Assembly (NCBI GenBank): GCA_964486045.1
Contig: CAZALK010000009.1
Location: 128,001 to 192,000 of the forward strand
DNA from: an uncultured archaeon
GTDB taxonomy: Archaea; Asgardarchaeota; Lokiarchaeia; Sigyniarchaeales; SOKP01
DNA length: 64,000 bases
Direction of reading: 5' to 3'
Positions 61,243 to 64,000 of this stretch are shown in pieces. Position 1 is the first letter of the stretch. Each line of letters opens with the position of its first letter. The notes below the pieces were generated by a model. It was not told where the DNA came from, searched no databases, and saw only the letters and a list, made by a program, of their open reading frames with translations. Made by a program: the position numbers and the translations under genes.

Positions 61243-61382
61243 TTTAAATTTACGTTTAATCAATTCCCGGAGTATAATCTATTCTATAAAATCCTTTTTT
61301 TGATATAATCATATCGAGTTAATAAATCACTTTAATAAAGCTAAAGTTCAATTAAAAATAATTATTTTTTTTAGTGAATTGC

Positions 61383-61529
61383 ATGGAAGAGATAAAAATA
61401 CTCTATCAAAGATTAAATTATGCTTCCGATGGGGAGCGAGAAAAAATCTGGAAACTCATTATTGAAAAAAATCAAACTCTTTTTGAAAAAAGACGGGAAG
61501 AATTAAACAAAATATTAAAAAAAAAATAG
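61383..61529 (+). CDS. Small hypothetical protein (48 aa)
   Basis: MEEIKILYQRLNYASDGEREKIWKLIIEKNQTLFEKRREELNKILKKK. Confidence 0.4.
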   Translation: MEEIKILYQRLNYASDGEREKIWKLIIEKNQTLFEKRREELNKILKKK

Positions 61530-61631
61530 GAAGTAATATTGGCACCTATATAAAAACTCGTGAAAGAGGTGTTTCACGATCACCCCTATCACGCAGAAGA
61601 TATCGAACCAACAGGTTAGTTCATTTAATAT

Positions 61632-61859
61632 TTATTCTTTTTTTTTATTTAAATCTTTGTCTTTATGGGCATAATGATGCCAAATCAAGGCTACTACGAA
61701 ACCAATTGGTATAACAACAAGAATCCATACAAGCCATAATGCAAATCCTACGGAAACTGTTGCAATAGCAACTATAATGAGGAAGAATATAATGAATGTT
61801 GTTCCAAAGGATATAGCAATACTTCTTTTTGTAAGTTCTTCTTCTCTTTTTTCTTCCAT
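61632..61859 (-). CDS. Small two-TM membrane protein
   Basis: Two hydrophobic helices with charged ends. Confidence 0.55.
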   Translation of the reverse strand: MEEKREEELTKRSIAISFGTTFIIFFLIIVAIATVSVGFALWLVWILVVIPIGFVVALIWHHYAHKDKDLNKKKE

Positions 61860-62034
61860 AGTATAATTTTAGGTATTTGGAAATATAAATAATATGTATT
61901 TACATAAATACGTACGTATGTATCGTTTTGAGGAAGTAGTATAACCAAAATTTATAGATATTATATTAATCAGTAAATAATAAGTCCTATAAGATGTATA
62001 TTTGATGCATCATTAAAGCTCTAAGAGGAGGGTA

Positions 62035-62964
62035 TTACACTATATATATATCTATTAAAGCTACGTCACCGTTAAAGTCAACTCCTCCGTATCTAGCTTC
62101 ATATTTATCCAAGAACCCATACGGGAAGTCTGGGAAATGGGCATCCCCAAGAGCGATAATATTAGTGAAAACAGCACCACCATATACAACAAACATACAT
62201 TTGTAGTTCTGATCCACATACCAGGGAGTATCACTATTTTTCTCCCTTTCCATCTCAACCCATTCAGGGGTGATCCAATCACAATCATCATCCGGATGTA
62301 AACTTGTAAACCTCGTATTTAATTTAATTTCTAAATCTTGCAGATTTTCCCATTCTTCGTGAAACGCAGTATTTCTTGCGGGTGTTGATGCATGTATGAT
62401 GTGTCTATACTGAGATGCAGCGACCATTGGTCTACTTGCTTTGTAGAACTCGTATAATGCCAAATGTTTAAATACCCATCCTCCCTCATCGTAAATGAGG
62501 ATGTCTGCTTCTCTTGATGCGACTTTACCAGCGGATAATACTGAGATGTTAATATCTGGGCTTCCATACACTTCTACCTTGTTTAAGTTGTTTATTTGTA
62601 CCTTCTTTATAAAAGGGTTCATAGTAAACCACTGGGATGCTTGTCCTAACTGGTCTGCATGTGGAGATCGCCATATAACCAGCTTGTCTATTAGCGAGAA
62701 GAATACTCCCAGGACCGTAAGTCCCCTTGACTTCCATCCCCTTCTGCTGTAGTTCCATGCGGTTTCTAATACCTCTTTTGTAGTATCTATTATGGGATTA
62801 CTTATCGACATCTCCATATCTTTCCTTTTCCATACAGTATAGAGTCTATACCTTTCGGGAGCAAAGGTCTTGATAAACCCTAGATAATACCTGAATGCCG
62901 ATATAGAGCTAAAAATGAAATGAATGGCAAAGATTTTGAAGCTATGAATAGTGTGAGATACCAA
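62035..62964 (-). pseudogene. Truncated phage terminase large subunit
   Basis: Walker A-like YSRRGWKS, Walker B ILIYDE, coupling motif HASTP, Y.C.F..GGAVF linker; ends just after the first nuclease motif GGVDF. Confidence 0.7.
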
Positions 62965-63300
62965 GATGATAGTGGTGAGTGGCGTACCTTCCGAGTGATT
63001 AAAGTTCTAGATTAATATCTATATTTGGTCTATGATATGAGTCGGGATAAAACGGTTCGATATATTGCGTGGAGTATGATGAGGTGCTGAAAGAGATGTA
63101 TGAAAAGTTTGGCATTCCGTTTAGGATCATCGAAGTTCTCGAATTGGAAGATGAGAGCTAAGATATCCTCCAAAGGGGTAAGTAGATACTCATAAGAGGT
63201 GTTTCACGAAAAATTTCCTAAAAAGACCAAGGATAAATAACAAAATATTTTAATCATCAGAATATTCTTTTAAAATAATCAAAAACTAACTAAAAAAGTA

Positions 63301-63759
63301 GTGGATGTTAAAGTGAACATACTTATAGTATATGATACTCTACATGGAAACACTAAAAAAGTAGCAGAACTAATTGGAGAAGGTTTAAAAACAGTTGAGG
63401 GAAACACGGTTTCAGTTGAAAATGTGAAAGAAATTGATATAGAAAAAAGTGAAACTTTTGATGCGATACTCATCGGTTCCCCAAACCACGCTAAAAGCCA
63501 TACTAAAATGGTAAAACAGTTTATCGAGAATCTTCCCAATGCTTCATTGAAAGGAGATTCTTTTGCAGTGTTCGATACGTATATGGGAACAGATTTTGAA
63601 ATAACTGCAAAAAAAATGGAAGAGCAAATTACTGGAGTTATGCCAAATATGAAAAAATTGACTTCTGGGTTATCTATAAAAGTTGGTGGAATGAAAGGAC
63701 CAATTGTGGATGAGGATCTTCCCAAATGTAAAGAGTTTGGAATAAAATTAGCAAAATAA
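63301..63759 (+). CDS. Flavodoxin family protein
   Basis: IVYDTLHGNTKKVAE, LIGSPNH, AVFDT. Confidence 0.9.
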   Translation: MDVKVNILIVYDTLHGNTKKVAELIGEGLKTVEGNTVSVENVKEIDIEKSETFDAILIGSPNHAKSHTKMVKQFIENLPNASLKGDSFAVFDTYMGTDFEITAKKMEEQITGVMPNMKKLTSGLSIKVGGMKGPIVDEDLPKCKEFGIKLAK

Positions 63760-63788
63760 ATTTAAATATCTTTTTTTTTTACTCAGAA

Positions 63789-64000
63789 TTAAAGAGTTCC
63801 TAGAAAATTAGAAACTCCAGTAATCTTCGGGACTGCTACCTTGAAATAATTTTTAACTATTTCGAGCAAAAATATTAAATAATCCTTTTGTATTCGTTCA
63901 CCCTGCCTTTCAGTGATATGCTTCATAAGTATTTTTGCTGTAAACGTCTGTTTTTGGTATCCAGTTAAAAATTCAGTCAGAGCTTTTGAATATTCAAATG
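63789..64000 (-). CDS. C-terminus of a hypothetical protein, truncated by window edge
   Basis: Open frame FEYSKALTEFLTGYQK..VSNFLGTL*. Confidence 0.5.
   Translation of the reverse strand, partial: FEYSKALTEFLTGYQKQTFTAKILMKHITERQGERIQKDYLIFLLEIVKNYFKVAVPKITGVSNFLGTL

Larger units (their letters stand above)
61564..63209. mobile_element. Degenerate provirus-like remnant bounded by 16-bp direct repeats
   Basis: AAGAGGTGTTTCACGA at 61564-61579 and 63194-63209; encloses a terminase fragment with elevated GC; about 320 bp downstream of tRNA-Gly. Confidence 0.6.

Noticed and set aside
195-63725. Many short antisense or overlapping ORFs in the track (e.g. 195-611, 7214-7621, 9835-10248, 44541-44839, 59285-59647, 63279-63725)
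   Set aside because: They are shadows of well-supported genes on the other strand or frame and carry no motifs.
1-64000. CRISPR array, cas genes, rRNA, transposase, reverse transcriptase/DGR
   Set aside because: No regularly spaced repeat-spacer array or diagnostic motifs seen. The 89-bp repeat pair is inverted and has no RT nearby, so it is not a DGR TR/VR pair.

Overview
AT-rich archaeal chromosome segment. The ESCRT-II/Vps4/ESCRT-III cluster, longin-like proteins, a stand-alone RING protein and an Asgard-type LRR protein point to an Asgard archaeon, probably Lokiarchaeia (inference). Most of the window is housekeeping and metabolism: guaA, a NuoE/F/G-like plus Nfn redox cluster, gdhA, glgP, mtnA, dus, an acyl-CoA ligase, SRP RNA and tRNA-Gly. 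The main find is a ribosomal protein uS10 gene (20722-21070) that the ORF track misses. It is interrupted by a 31-nt insert that folds into a bulge-helix-bulge/loop motif, and cutting at the canonical endonuclease positions restores the frame and a full-length protein. This makes it a candidate tRNA-type (EndA-spliced) intron in an mRNA. Other observations: (1) tRNA-Gly(GCC) carries a T-loop BHB intron and is followed by a 13-bp copy of the spliced junction and a terminase-bearing viral remnant between 16-bp direct repeats; (2) an LRR gene lies between 89-bp inverted repeats; (3) two tandem small ORFs share a C-Y-x-x-x-UGA motif with open frame beyond the UGA; (4) a BfuA/NuoG-like protein is fused to NfnA; (5) a Bud23-like methyltransferase is present. 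All calls come from reading the sequence; no searches were run.
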